Origin: Macrostomum lignano
Taxonomy: Eukaryota
Direction of reading: 5' to 3'
DNA length: 24,840 nt
Assembly: GCA_002269645.1 (NCBI GenBank)
Contig: NIVC01005147.1
Span: forward strand, 1 to 24,840
Below the pieces are notes generated by a model that was given only the letters and a program-made list of their open reading frames with translations, ran no database searches and had not been told where the DNA came from. Shown one piece after another: positions 11,267 to 21,072 of this stretch (position 1 is its first letter; every line of letters starts with the position of its first letter). The position numbers were made by a program, and so were the translations under genes.

Positions 11267-11614
11267 CTGCATGCGCGAGTCAGGTGTGACAGCTCGAAAT
11301 TAGCGAAACAGGAGTTGCCTAGTTCTCACCTACTGGACTTGGGACAGCTGCACTTTTGTTTGTTTGCCGTGCAGTTTCGAATGCCTTTTTAACCTCACAG
11401 TCAGTAAGCCTGTGAAATCATGTCGGATGCTGGTTCAAATAACTTTATTAAGCTGGTTTACCGATAGTGACGGTCTCAAACGTCAAGCTTAAAAATGGAA
11501 AAACAACCTTTCTCTTTAACAATTTTTAGCTAAATTAGGCCTTCATAAATAAAAATTCTTAATACTAAAGCGTTAAATCCTGTTCTTACCAGTGCTCCTT
11601 GGCCTGAGTGCAGT

Positions 11615-11783
11615 CCGTACTTACGTACTCCTGTACTTGTGTACTCCCGAACTTGTGTACTCCCGTACTTCCGTACTTCCGTACTTGCGTACTCCCGTAC
11701 TTGCGTACTCCCGAACTTGTGTACTCCGTACTTGCGTACTCCCGTACTTGTGTACTCCCGTACTTGCGTACTCCCGTACTTGC
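11615..11783. repeat. ~16-bp minisatellite (GTACTCCCGTACTTGC) x ~10
   Basis: Direct reading; intron 6 of the M13 gene. Confidence 0.9.
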
Positions 11784-11888
11784 CCGTCTCCGACTGCTCG
11801 TTGGCCACATTTTCGCTTCTTTTCATTGGCTGACACCGACATTCTGTCTGTCATTGCACTTTTTGAATGTGTTCGACTAATTAATTAC

Positions 11889-12141
11889 CCTGGCCTTGGC
11901 GCCTGGTTCGAAATTGTTGCGAACGAAGAGCGCCGACAGAGCCTGGTTCATGCCCCACCGCACGGTCTCCAGGCAGTCAGTCGCTGCATCGTCACCAACA
12001 CTGCCGCCGCCGATGCCAATTGTCAGCCCGTTGCTGGGCCAAACTATTCGTCGGTAGGCGGCAAATCTGAGCCGGTACTCGCCGCTCAGATCCCATTGGA
12101 AGAAGGCGATCAGGGTCCAGGTGAGGTAGTTGTTCATCTTT
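11889..12141 (-). CDS. M13-like gene, exon 6 (RKMNNYLTW...DCLETV...ALSALFV...F)
   Basis: Acceptor GCAG|A, donor AGG|GTAATT, phase 2 to 0. NYL.W motif and conserved Cys. Confidence 0.8.
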
Positions 12142-12198
12142 CTGCTCGGGGTGCGGCCAATGAAAAAATTAGTCTCTTCCAAAAGCTCGAAACACCTC

Positions 12199-12715
12199 GA
12201 AACTTCCCAACCTGGAAACTTCCCAACCATGGAAACTTCCCAATCTGGAAACTTCCCAACTTTAAAACTTCTCAACCTTGAAGCTTCCCAACCTGGAAAC
12301 TTCCCAACCTTGAATCTCCCAACCTTGAATCTCTCAATCTTGAATCTCTCAATCTTGAATCTCCCAACCTTGAATCTCCCAACCTAGAATCTCCCAACCT
12401 TGAATCTCCCAACCTTGAATCTCCCAACCTTGAATCTCCCAACCTTGAATCTCCCAACCTAGAATCTCCCAACCTTGAATCTCCCAACCTTGAATCTCCC
12501 AACCTTGAATCTCCCAACCTTGAATCTCCCAACCTTGAATCTCCCAACCTTGAATCTCCCAACCTTGAATCTCCCAACCTTGAATCTCCCAACCTTGAAT
12601 CTCCCAACCTTGAATCTCCCAACCTTGAATCTCCCAACGTTGAATCTCCCAACCGTGAATCTCCCAACCTTGAATCTCCCAACCGTGAATCTCCTAACCT
12701 TGAATCTCCCAACCT
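12199..12715. repeat. 15-bp minisatellite (GAATCTCCCAACCTT) x ~27, preceded by ~16-bp variants (GAAACTTCCCAACCTG)
   Basis: Direct reading; intron 5 of the M13 gene. Confidence 0.95.
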
Positions 12716-12883
12716 CGAAACTTAATTTTAGTCTAAAACGACGTGAAAGACTTCTTTTCAGACTCAATCTACAGTCTGTTAAATTAAAACTCGAAAACTG
12801 TGTTTTCTCAATATTTCTGAGTACAGACTCAGAGCGTTTCATTAAACTTTTTAATCGGCCTTTTCTCAATAGACCAACTTTAC

Positions 12884-13140
12884 CGATTAAAGTCAGTGGG
12901 GCTGCCTCTGCGCATGGAGTCCAACAGGTCCCGCAGCTGGTCAACATAATACCAGTCAGTCACCAGCACCTGGGTGTCGTTTCTTATCACCAGACCTGGC
13001 TGGTAGATTTCAGCCAGGTAGGCTCGGAAGTCAATGTGAGACGAAATTCTATCAGTGAGATCGCTGATTTTCGCTAAGTTGGCCGGATGGTCGGCGGGTT
13101 GCTCGGGAAGGCTGGCGTGCTGCAGGACGGCCTCGTGAGT
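12884..13140 (-). CDS. M13-like gene, exon 5 (THEAV...IDFRAYLAEIY...VLVTDWYYVDQLRDLL)
   Basis: Acceptor CCGCAG|, donor CG|GTAAAG, phase 0 to 2. M13-like 'idW..yl..i...v.v....Y...l..ll' pattern. Confidence 0.75.
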
Positions 13141-13239
13141 CTGCGGAGTTCGAGGGGTGCAAGTTTGAGCTGCAGTTCTTACTGAAGTGACAATAAAACG
13201 GGTGAATTCCCTGTTGTAAGAAAATTCCCTGATAGTGGA

Positions 13240-13551
13240 ATGGCAAGAGGGAATTCCCATCTTACTGAACCTTAATGGTATGATAGCAAGGGGAATCCCC
13301 ATCTGAACCCATCTTAACAGTATGATAGCAAAAGGGAATCCCCATCTGAACCTATATCTTAACAGTATGATAGCAAAGGGGAATTCCCATCTAAACCCAT
13401 TTTAACAGTATTATAGCAAAGGGGAATTCCAATCGGAACCCATCTTAACGGTATAATAGCATAGGGGAATTCCCATCTGGACCCATCTTAACGGTATGAT
13501 AGCAAGGGGGAATTCCTATCTGGACAGTAGAATGGCAAGGCGGAATTCCCA
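13240..13551. repeat. ~43-bp degenerate tandem repeat x ~7 containing the palindrome GGGAATTCCC
   Basis: GGGAAT(T/C)CC starts at 13249, 13291, 13334, 13379, 13422, 13465 and 13508; intron 4 of the M13 gene. Confidence 0.9.
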
Positions 13552-13686
13552 TTAATTTCGTTTTAAAATCAAGTTTTTTCCTATTAAGCTGAGATGCATT
13601 TCATTTTCTTAGGTTTATTCTCTACTTCTTAAACTACTGCCAGTAGCAAGCAGCGCTTTCTGAGCTTCCATTTCAAATTCCCTCAC

Positions 13687-13821
13687 CAGCAGCAGCTGCT
13701 CCTCAACGTAGAGCACATCGTTGGCAAATGTCTCAACTCGAGCTGTCTGATTGGTCATCGCTGCGTCTCTCACCAGCATGCCGGCCACGTCCTTGATCAG
13801 GCTGCGGTACAGCTCCTTCTC
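13687..13821 (-). CDS. M13-like gene, exon 4 (EKELYRSLIKDVAGML...DVLYVEEQLLL)
   Basis: Acceptor ATTTAG|, donor CTG|GTGAGG, 45 codons. Resembles the M13 'Y..lm..va.ll...v..fE..La' helix pair. Confidence 0.75.
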
Positions 13822-13915
13822 CTAAATTATTTGAAAAAAACCTTTTTGTATTTTCATAGAAAATGTGGTCTACTTTGCGACTACTTTGTACTAAAATATC
13901 AACAATAAGACTTAC

Positions 13916-13957
13916 ATGACGGACGTACATCGCGTCGCTTCGAGAGTTCATGCCAAC
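13916..13957 (-). CDS. M13-like gene, 42-nt exon 3 (VGMNSRSDAMYVRH)
   Basis: Acceptor TAATTTAG|, donor |GTAAGT, phase 0-0, fits between exons 2 and 4 in frame. Confidence 0.65.
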
Positions 13958-14046
13958 CTAAATTACAGAGTGAGTTTTGTCTCTGTTTTCTGGGAATTTC
14001 TAACAGTAAATCTCCGTTTGAGAGTCTCTCACTGAAAATCTCATTC

Positions 14047-14396
14047 TGAGAATCTCCCACTTGAGAATCTCTCACCTGATAATCTCTCACCTGAGAATCT
14101 CTTTGCACTTGAGAATCTCTCACCTGAGAATCTCTCACTTGAGAATCTCTAACCTGAGTATCTCTCACCTGAGAATCTCTCACCTGAGAATTAATCTCTC
14201 CCCTGAGAATCTCTCACCTGAGAATCTCTCACTTGAGAATCTCTAACCTGAGTATCTCTCACCTGAGAATCTCTCACCTGAGAATTAATCTCTCCCCTGA
14301 GAATCTCTCACTGAGAATCTCTCACTTGAGAATCTCTCACCTCAGAATCTGTCACCTCAGAATCTTTCACTTGAGAATCTCTCACCTGAGAATCTC
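14047..14396. repeat. 15-bp minisatellite (GAGAATCTCTCACCT) x ~23 with a 94-bp higher-order duplication
   Basis: Direct reading; the variant order CACTT/AACCT/GAGTAT/GAGAATTAAT recurs at a 94-bp period (14141 and 14235); intron 2 of the M13 gene. Confidence 0.95.
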
Positions 14397-14499
14397 ATTT
14401 AAAATCGCTCTAATACTCAACGGAAATTAACATAAAGAAAAATGGTTCGCTAAAATACAAAACCTCTCTTGTCTCAATCAAAGAGCAAAAGCTCCTCAC

Positions 14500-14746
14500 C
14501 CAGATAGCGTAGCGCCTGTCGCTGCCCCTCCGGTGCAGGAAGTCGCTGTAGACGGCTCTCGTGGCGAACAGCGAGTGCGCGTAGAACCTGCCGCTGACCG
14601 CCTGGAAAGTGCGGCTGAAACCGCCGAGGCCGCCAGCCGCTGAGCTGGACTGGTTGAGCAGGAACTCGCCGACACCTGCCGCTCGCATCGCGGCCAACAG
14701 CGGGTTGTCGCCGATGTAACTCGGCGTGTCGAAATTCTCCTCGCAC
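14500..14746 (-). CDS. M13-like gene, exon 2
   Basis: Acceptor TTCTCCAG|G; joining gives FYAR-CEENF (conserved Cys). Donor TGG|GTGAGG, phase 0. Confidence 0.8.
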
Positions 14747-14802
14747 CTGGAGAAGCAATCATGCAGACGTGCGCTGACGGCAATTCTGCCCATTCCTCTG
14801 AC

Positions 14803-15003
14803 TCCTGAGCACATACACTCGTACACACGCTCACACAGGGTGTACACACGCTCACACAGGGTGTACACACGCTCACACAGGGTGTACACACGCTCACACA
14901 GGGTGTACACACGCTCACACAGGGTGTACACACGCTCACACGCTCACACAGGGTGTACAGCGGCCATTTGACTTTCTAATCGTCAGGCATGTACACTGTC
15001 TGT
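14803..15003 (-). mobile_element. Dispersed hairpin repeat, copy D, with internal 21-bp tandem expansion (intron 1 of M13 gene, sense)
   Basis: Reverse strand reads GTGTACATGCCTGACGATTAGAAAGTCAAATGGCCGCTGTACAC, then (CCTGTGTGAGCGTGTGTACAC) about 6 times, ending GTGCTCAGG. Confidence 0.75.
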
Positions 15004-15042
15004 TGGTTGGCCCTCATGGCTGTGATCTGCTCTTCTCCCTAC

Positions 15043-15512
15043 CTGGCGTAGAACCGTCTCAGCTTCCGTTCCCAAGCAGGATTTCCGCCCCCACCGCCGC
15101 CGCCGCTTCTCAAGCTACTCGCCAGCTTCCGCCGAGCTCCGAGCTCCATCTCCGCAGGGACATTGCCCGCTGTTCCATCTCCGCCGCACGCAAAGCTGTA
15201 GAAATCTGAGCACGGCTCCGAGCTGGTGTTCATCCGTCGGGCTGCCGCGGCCGCCACGGAGAGGCAGTCTGGCTCGGTCAAGCAGATGTCGGTCAGCTCC
15301 AAGCTGCCGTTGTCAGCGCCTCGGCGAATGGCTACGGCGAACAGGCAGATGAAGACAATGGCGAGCAGGCTGACCAGGCCGGTGGCGACGGCGAGGCAGC
15401 GGGCCGGAGGCAGCGGAAGGCGCCTGAAGAATCGGCTGAAGACACCGCCGCTGCTGCCGCCGCTGGCACTGTCGTCAGAGTGGAAGATGTGCGCTTTGCC
15501 GGGGTGCCTCAT
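15043..15512 (-). CDS. Neprilysin/ECE-like (peptidase M13) gene, exon 1: cytoplasmic tail, transmembrane helix, Cys-rich start of ectodomain
   Basis: ATG at 15512 (ACAGCCATGA). Hydrophobic segment CLAVATGLVSLLAIVFICLFAVAI followed by the M13 N-terminal signature DICLTEPDC...MNTSSEPCSDFYSFACG. Donor CAG|GTAGGG, phase 2. Confidence 0.85.
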
Positions 15513-15853
15513 GGCTGTTGCATTCCCTGAAAGCAGCTCCGCCACCCACCTTGGCCAGCGGCCTATATCTGCTGTCTACCTAGGCAGCAATTTGCATTCC
15601 GTTGTCATGGTTACGCGCTGTGTTTAACACTCAGTTTGAATATGTTTATATTCTTATGCATGAGAATATTTATTCAAATGCAAATCGCTATATTAATAAT
15701 CAGATCAGAGCTGCTTATTTTAAAAGGTTTTTTTCGAGCGAATCCAGGGTACAAAGTCTGCATAGCTTAGAAGTTCGCTAAACTCATGGGTGAAGATTTA
15801 CACTGGCTGCTTTCGGCTAAGTTATTTATTCAAAATTCTTTAAGCCAATAGAC

Positions 15854-16406
15854 TTCAGGTGATCTATACCCAATCAGTTCCATATCCTTCAGGTGATCTA
15901 TACCCAATCAGTTCCATATCCTTCAGGTGATCTATACCCAATCAGTTCCATATCCTTCAGGTGATCTATACCCAATCAGTTCCATATCCTTCAGGTGATC
16001 TATACCCAATCAGTTCCATATCCTTCAGGTGATCTATACCCAATCAGTTCCATATCCTTCAGGTGATCTATACCCAATCAGTTCCATATCCTTCAGGTGA
16101 TCATACCCAATCAGTTCCATATCCTTCAGATGATCAATACCAATCAGTTCCATATCCTTTTTCAGGTGATCTATACCCAATCTGTTCCATATCCTTCAGG
16201 TGAGCAATATGAATCAGTTCCATTATCCTTCAGGTGAGCAATACGAATCAGTTCCATTATCCTTCAGGTGAGCAATACCAATCTGTTCCATTTCCTTCAG
16301 GTGAGTAATACCAATCTGTTCCATATCCTTCAGGTGAGCAATACGAATCTGTTCCATATCCTTCAGGTGAGCAATACCAATCAGTTCCATATCCTTCAGG
16401 TGAGCA
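15854..16406. repeat. 34/33-bp minisatellite (TTCAGGTGATCTATACCCAATCAGTTCCATATCC) x ~16
   Basis: Seven identical 34-bp units (15854-16091) grading into 33-bp variants; upstream of the M13 gene. Confidence 0.95.
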
Positions 16407-16980
16407 TTTAGGCTGTCAGCAGAGCGGCACATGACACAGGGCAAGGAGTCTGATGGCGGGTGTTAAGTCACCCACCCGCAGAATTTCTTCCAGACACCGG
16501 CTAATTTATGGATTTCTGTTCCGCTTCAGTGAGCACAGCCCCCCCCCAGGTCAGACAAGTCATGTGCCTACAAATATGAGAGCTTTAACAAGCAACAAGC
16601 AAGTAAAATAAAAAATGCGGGTCGCACTGGATGACCTTGACCGACATTGTTCCTTGTGTTTGAAAGTTTTATGCGCTCTAGATTAAGTTTAAGTTTTATG
16701 CGTTTTATGCGCGCTAGATCTTGAACTTAGAATCTGGAGTTGCCGGCTCCTCCGGGTAGCAACAGTTTCCTACAACGGAACTTCTTTGAGGTTTTCATTT
16801 CTACATAAGAGATGAGTCGGGTTTCTGAGCCATTTTTATATTTAAACTCGCCATCCTAATTTATAAAAAACTTTTTAAAGTTCAAAAAAAGTTTTTTTTC
16901 CGAAATTTCCGAAATCCGAAATTTTTAAAAAACTTTTCCACTAAGGACTTTCGATTAAGAAGGACGCGTGTGGCTCTATC

Positions 16981-17192
16981 CCTCCCTCCTCTCCTTTCCT
17001 CATCTCCTTTCCTCATCTCCCTCCCTCCTCTCCCTCCCTTCTCCTCTCCCTCCCTTCTCCTCTCCCTCTCCCCTCCTCTCCTCTCCTCCTCTCCCTCTCC
17101 CCTCCTCTCCTCTCCTCCTCTCCCTCTCCCCTCCTCTCCTCTCCTCCTCTCCCCTTCCTCCTCTCCATCTCCTCTCTCCACTCCCTCCCCTA
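16981..17192. repeat. Pure polypyrimidine (CCTCT-type) low-complexity tract
   Basis: About 200 nt of essentially only C/T on the + strand. Confidence 0.9.
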
Positions 17193-18161
17193 CCTGTTTT
17201 CCCCTCTATCCCATTTCCATCCACTATCCCCGCTTCATATCAGTTAGCATCCTTTCTGCCTCAATTCGAAAACACTGGTTACCTACCAGTCCAAGCCCTC
17301 GCATACACGTAGAAAGGGGACTCCGGCATTCATGGCTCATCTCAAATTGAAGTTTTGTCTAAAAAAACGCACTTACAGCATTCGCTCAATCTTAGGTCAA
17401 TCGGTGCATAATGCCGTCCCGTCATTTTACTCAAAGTTGGATCTCTATGCAGGCAGTCTGACTAGCTAACCTTACCAAATTCCCCTGCATAGTTCCACAC
17501 CCTCATGCGGATGCAGATGCGCCCCCATCACATGCTTTTGCTCTCCCTCTCTGATCAGCCACCACCGCCATCCTCGCTTGTTGGACGGGGCCCGGTTGGG
17601 AGGGGGCGCAGTCTGTCTGGCACGGCCCACGCACCGGCCAAGGACTCTTCCCGTAGGAATTATTAACAGCATTCCGGACTAGAAACCTTAGAGATCCAGC
17701 TGTCCCGCTAGTCCAGTTGTCACAAATAGGGGGTCTTTATTATATTATATAATTAAAATGAAAGCGGCTCCCCGTTTCCCTCATCAGCCACTTGCTCCAA
17801 CCACCCCCGGATTTAAGGGAACTCTACATGCAGTTTGAGCAATATGACGGGCTTCAGTGCGACTTTAAACCTGTATATGCGGGTCCAGACAGTGCGCAGC
17901 ATGCTGACAGGAGAAGGGGACGAGAGGATCAGCCGGAGACTCCGGCAACAAGAAGATCCGTGAATTGAAGTCTGGAGTGCCAGTTCATCTTGCTCATGAC
18001 CTGGTTTCTCAAAAAAATCCCAGGAAAGTTGCGATACAGAAAGTTCCATAACCCTTGCTCGATCTTCAATTATGGGGTGAAATTTAAAGAATTTATTTAG
18101 CTTTAAATAGGAACCAAGCATGTCGCTTTGTGAAGAGTCGCTTACATTTCAGACCGAATCC

Positions 18162-18583
18162 GAAATTTCACAAGACCGAAACTTCACAAGACCGAAATTT
18201 CACAAGACCGAAATTTCACAAGACCGAAACTTCACAAGACCAAAACTTCACAAGACCGAAACTTCACAAGACCGAAACTTCACAAGATCGAAACTTCACA
18301 AGATCGAAACTTCACAAGACCGAAACTTCACAAGATCGAAACTTCACAAGACCGAAACTTCACAAGATCGAAACTTCACAAGACCGAAACTTCACCAGAC
18401 CAAAATTTCACAAGACCGAAACTTCACAAGACCGAAACTTCACAAGACCGAAACTTCACAAGACCGAAACTTCAGAATACAGAAATTTCACAACGCCGAA
18501 AACTACTAGCTCGTACATGGTCTTTGTTATATTGATTTCTACTATGTGAAGTTTCAGCTTTGTGAAGTTTCGGTCTTGTGAAA
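18162..18583. repeat. 16-bp minisatellite (GACCGAAACTTCACAA) x ~19 plus an inverted copy at 18545-18583
   Basis: Direct reading; TTGTGAAGTTTCGGTCTTGTGAAA (18560-18583) is the reverse complement of the array start. Confidence 0.93.
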
Positions 18584-19405
18584 AGAAAATGTTTAGGCGT
18601 TGAAAAAATTCTGCGTTACGAAGCCCCGTTTGTGAATATTGAAAAACCACTCCAGATTATGCTCTCAGCTCTCCATGACTCGGGAATGGGGAAGCGGGAC
18701 AACCCCCACCCCCAGCCTAACCTTAACAAGAAAGTAGCGTAATTAAGCAGGCCCGCTGTCTCACTGACCAGTGAGGGAAACGCGGGAGCGCAGTCTGATG
18801 ATAGCCAGTTTTTTGGACAGTTTTTTTGCCGGGCAGTTTTATTGTTGAGCCCCCTTGCTGAGAAGGGTTTACGGCTGGTGATTCTGACCCGATCATGCGA
18901 GGCTGCAGGTAGGGCAGTAAACTCATGTTCATTTTCCCTCATCTCAAGCGCCGCAGCCTCCCGCAGTCTTCTCCCTCCCCACCCGGCGGTTCCACCCCCG
19001 CCGCCCGCTGCTTGACAACTGTTGCAGCAAATTTTTCCCAAAAGTTTCTGCTATCTTGGCAGAAAGTACGAGCCAGAAACGGATTAGTTGCGGATTAAAT
19101 CGCGTGGGTTCAGCTGCCAGGGCGGCCAGGGCCCGTGTTGGGCCAGCCAACAAAGACCTTTGATTGTCTGCTCTGTGCGGCGGCGTCTGCCAGCAATTTT
19201 CTGTCTCTCAAAGCCAGTTAGGGGGATTGATTGAGTATCCAGCTGTATGGCTGATGCATGCTAACTGATGGAATGCACCACATTCGCTAGTGTTCTGAGG
19301 TTTGAAGGCCGCGGAGCCAAAGTGGTCACTTTTATCGTCGTAAGAAGCAGCCTCTCAAAGAGCAACAAGAAAACTTGTGTTCCACAATCAGCACTGATGA
19401 ACAGC

Positions 19406-19946
19406 CACCCCACAAACAGCACCCCACAGACAGCACCCCACAGACAGCACCCCACAAACAGCACCCCACAAACAGCACCCCACAAGCAGCACCCCACAAA
19501 CAGCACCCCACAAACAGCACCCCACAAACAGCACCCCACAAACAGCACCCCACAAACAGCACCCCACAAACAGCACCCCACAAGCAGCACCCCACAAACA
19601 GCACCCCACAAACAGCAGCCCACAAACAGCAGCCCACAAACAGCACCCCACAAACAGCACCCCACAAACAGCACCCCACAAACAGCACCCCACAAACAGC
19701 ACCCCACAAACAGCCCACCACAAACAGCACCCCACAAACAGCACCCCACAAACAGCACCCCACAAACAGCGCCCCACAAACAGCACCCCACAAACAGCAC
19801 CCCACAAACAGCACCCCACAAACAGCACCCCACAAACAGCACCCCACAAGCAGCACCCCACAAACAGCACCCCACAAACAGCACCCCACAAACAGCCCAC
19901 CACAAACAGCATCCACAGACAGCACCCCACAAACAGCACCCCACAA
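19406..19946. repeat. 14-bp minisatellite (CACCCCACAAACAG) x ~38
   Basis: Direct reading; ends about 470 bp upstream of the putative SKOR ATG. Confidence 0.96.
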
Positions 19947-20219
19947 GCCAACAGCTGCCGCTGCAGCAACATAGCTATGAATTCTTGCTAAGCAGGACTC
20001 ACCCGCATGGGGAGCCCACCCGGCGGAGAGGCCAGATGAGTAGGGAGTCGGTCCACAGGGGTGTGGGTGGACAAACTCTACCTGTTAGCAATTCCTGTTG
20101 AGCTGAGTTGATCATGGTCCGATGAGGGCTCAACAGTGGTTAGCGAAAACCTGTGTTCCCCCATGGTAGTAATAAAGTGGGATTTCACTTCCGTTCTCTT
20201 CCCGCTCCCCCTGCAGCGG

Positions 20220-20300
20220 CAGCCAATGAGGATGACCGGCTTTCAGAGAGTTTTGGGAGGCAACGGATGGGGCGGGAAGTCGGCGGCATTTATTAAAGTC
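20220..20300 (+). promoter_or_regulatory. Candidate SKOR core promoter
   Basis: AGCCAATGAG (CCAAT box), GGGGCGGGAAGT (GC box plus ETS-like) and ATTTATTAAA in the expected order 110-190 bp upstream of the ATG. Motif match only. Confidence 0.3.
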
Positions 20301-20411
20301 TCTACACTTCGCGACAACCCGCTGTCCTCCCCGGACTGGGAAACCCGCATTGAAGCTAGCCAGACTCACTTCGTTGAAACCAATATTCAAGTCATCTTTT
20401 GGGCCTTCATT

Positions 20412-20477
20412 ATGATCTTCAAAGACAGTTTGGAAGATTCTAAAGTGGAGCAGCAAGCTGACAGCGAAATCGGGCAG
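20412..20477 (+). CDS. SKOR: SKOR/Fussel-like gene, exon 1 (MIFKDSLEDSKVEQQADSEIGQ)
   Basis: ATG at 20412, donor CAG|GTGAGA, phase 0. Joining gives EIGQ-VLLHG, matching the start of the Ski/Sno DHD domain. The start codon itself is uncertain. Confidence 0.55.
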
Positions 20478-20590
20478 GTGAGAGGCTTGTATTTGCTGGA
20501 ATTGACCTGTTGCTTCACCGGCTTCCTGTGAGATTTCTGACAATCTGTATCTTTTGGCGTCATGTACTGATCTGACATCATGTACCGATC

Positions 20591-20651
20591 TTCTGACACC
20601 CTGTACTGCTCTTCTGACACCCTGTACTGCTTTTCTGACACCCTGTACTGC
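20591..20651. repeat. 21-bp tandem (TTCTGACACCCTGTACTGCTC) x 3
   Basis: Units start at 20591, 20612 and 20633; SKOR intron 1. Confidence 0.85.
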
Positions 20652-20668
20652 CGTCGAACCCCCCGAAG

Positions 20669-21048
20669 GTGCTGCTGCACGGCGTGTCGCTGGCGTCGCT
20701 GCGCCTTAACGGCGAGGAGCGGCTCTGCCTGGCCCAGATCTCCACCCAGCTGCTCTCCGGCCACACCTACAACGACATTCACAACCGACGCGTCGCTCTG
20801 GGCATCACCTGCGTCCAGTGCACCCCGCGCCAGTTGGACAGCCTGCGCCGGGCCAGCGCCATGCCAGCCAGCGCCAAGCGCTGCGGCACGATCACGCGGC
20901 GCGAGGCCGAACGCCTGGTCCGCTCCTTCCTAGGCGAGCCGGAGCGGCCGCGCCTGCCGCCTGGTTACAAATTCAATGTCGGCCACGCCTGCGGCTGGGG
21001 CTGCCGGGGCAGCTTCTGGCCGGAGCGGTACACCAGCTCCAGGGCCAG
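20669..21048 (+). CDS. SKOR: SKOR/Fussel-like gene, exon 2 (Dachshund-homology/Ski-Sno domain)
   Basis: ERLCLAQIS..LL....YNDIHNRRVALGITCVQCTP.QL..LRRA.AMP.S.KRCG.ITRREAERL..SFL, then LP...F.V.H.C.WGCRGSF.P.RY.SSRA: near-identical to the recalled SKOR1/2 and Fussel consensus. Donor AG|GTGGGT, phase 2. Confidence 0.92.
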
Positions 21049-21072
21049 GTGGGTGCCATTAAATCTCATTTA

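Noticed and set aside
16456-16479. GC-rich hairpin GCGGGTG...CACCCGC as a Helitron 3' end
   Set aside because: No CTRR terminus at the expected short distance, and only a single occurrence.
17813-18121. 102-aa minus-strand ORF in the intergenic region
   Set aside because: Non-ATG start, no recognisable domain, no supporting splice partners.
11530-19974. Long repetitive ORFs (LGDSR, NLPTL, GRFKV, RISHL, YTLCERV, KTETSQDRNF, TAPHKQHP, GAVCGVLFV, etc.)
   Set aside because: These are translations of stop-free minisatellites, open in several frames and on both strands, and mostly inside introns of the reconstructed genes.
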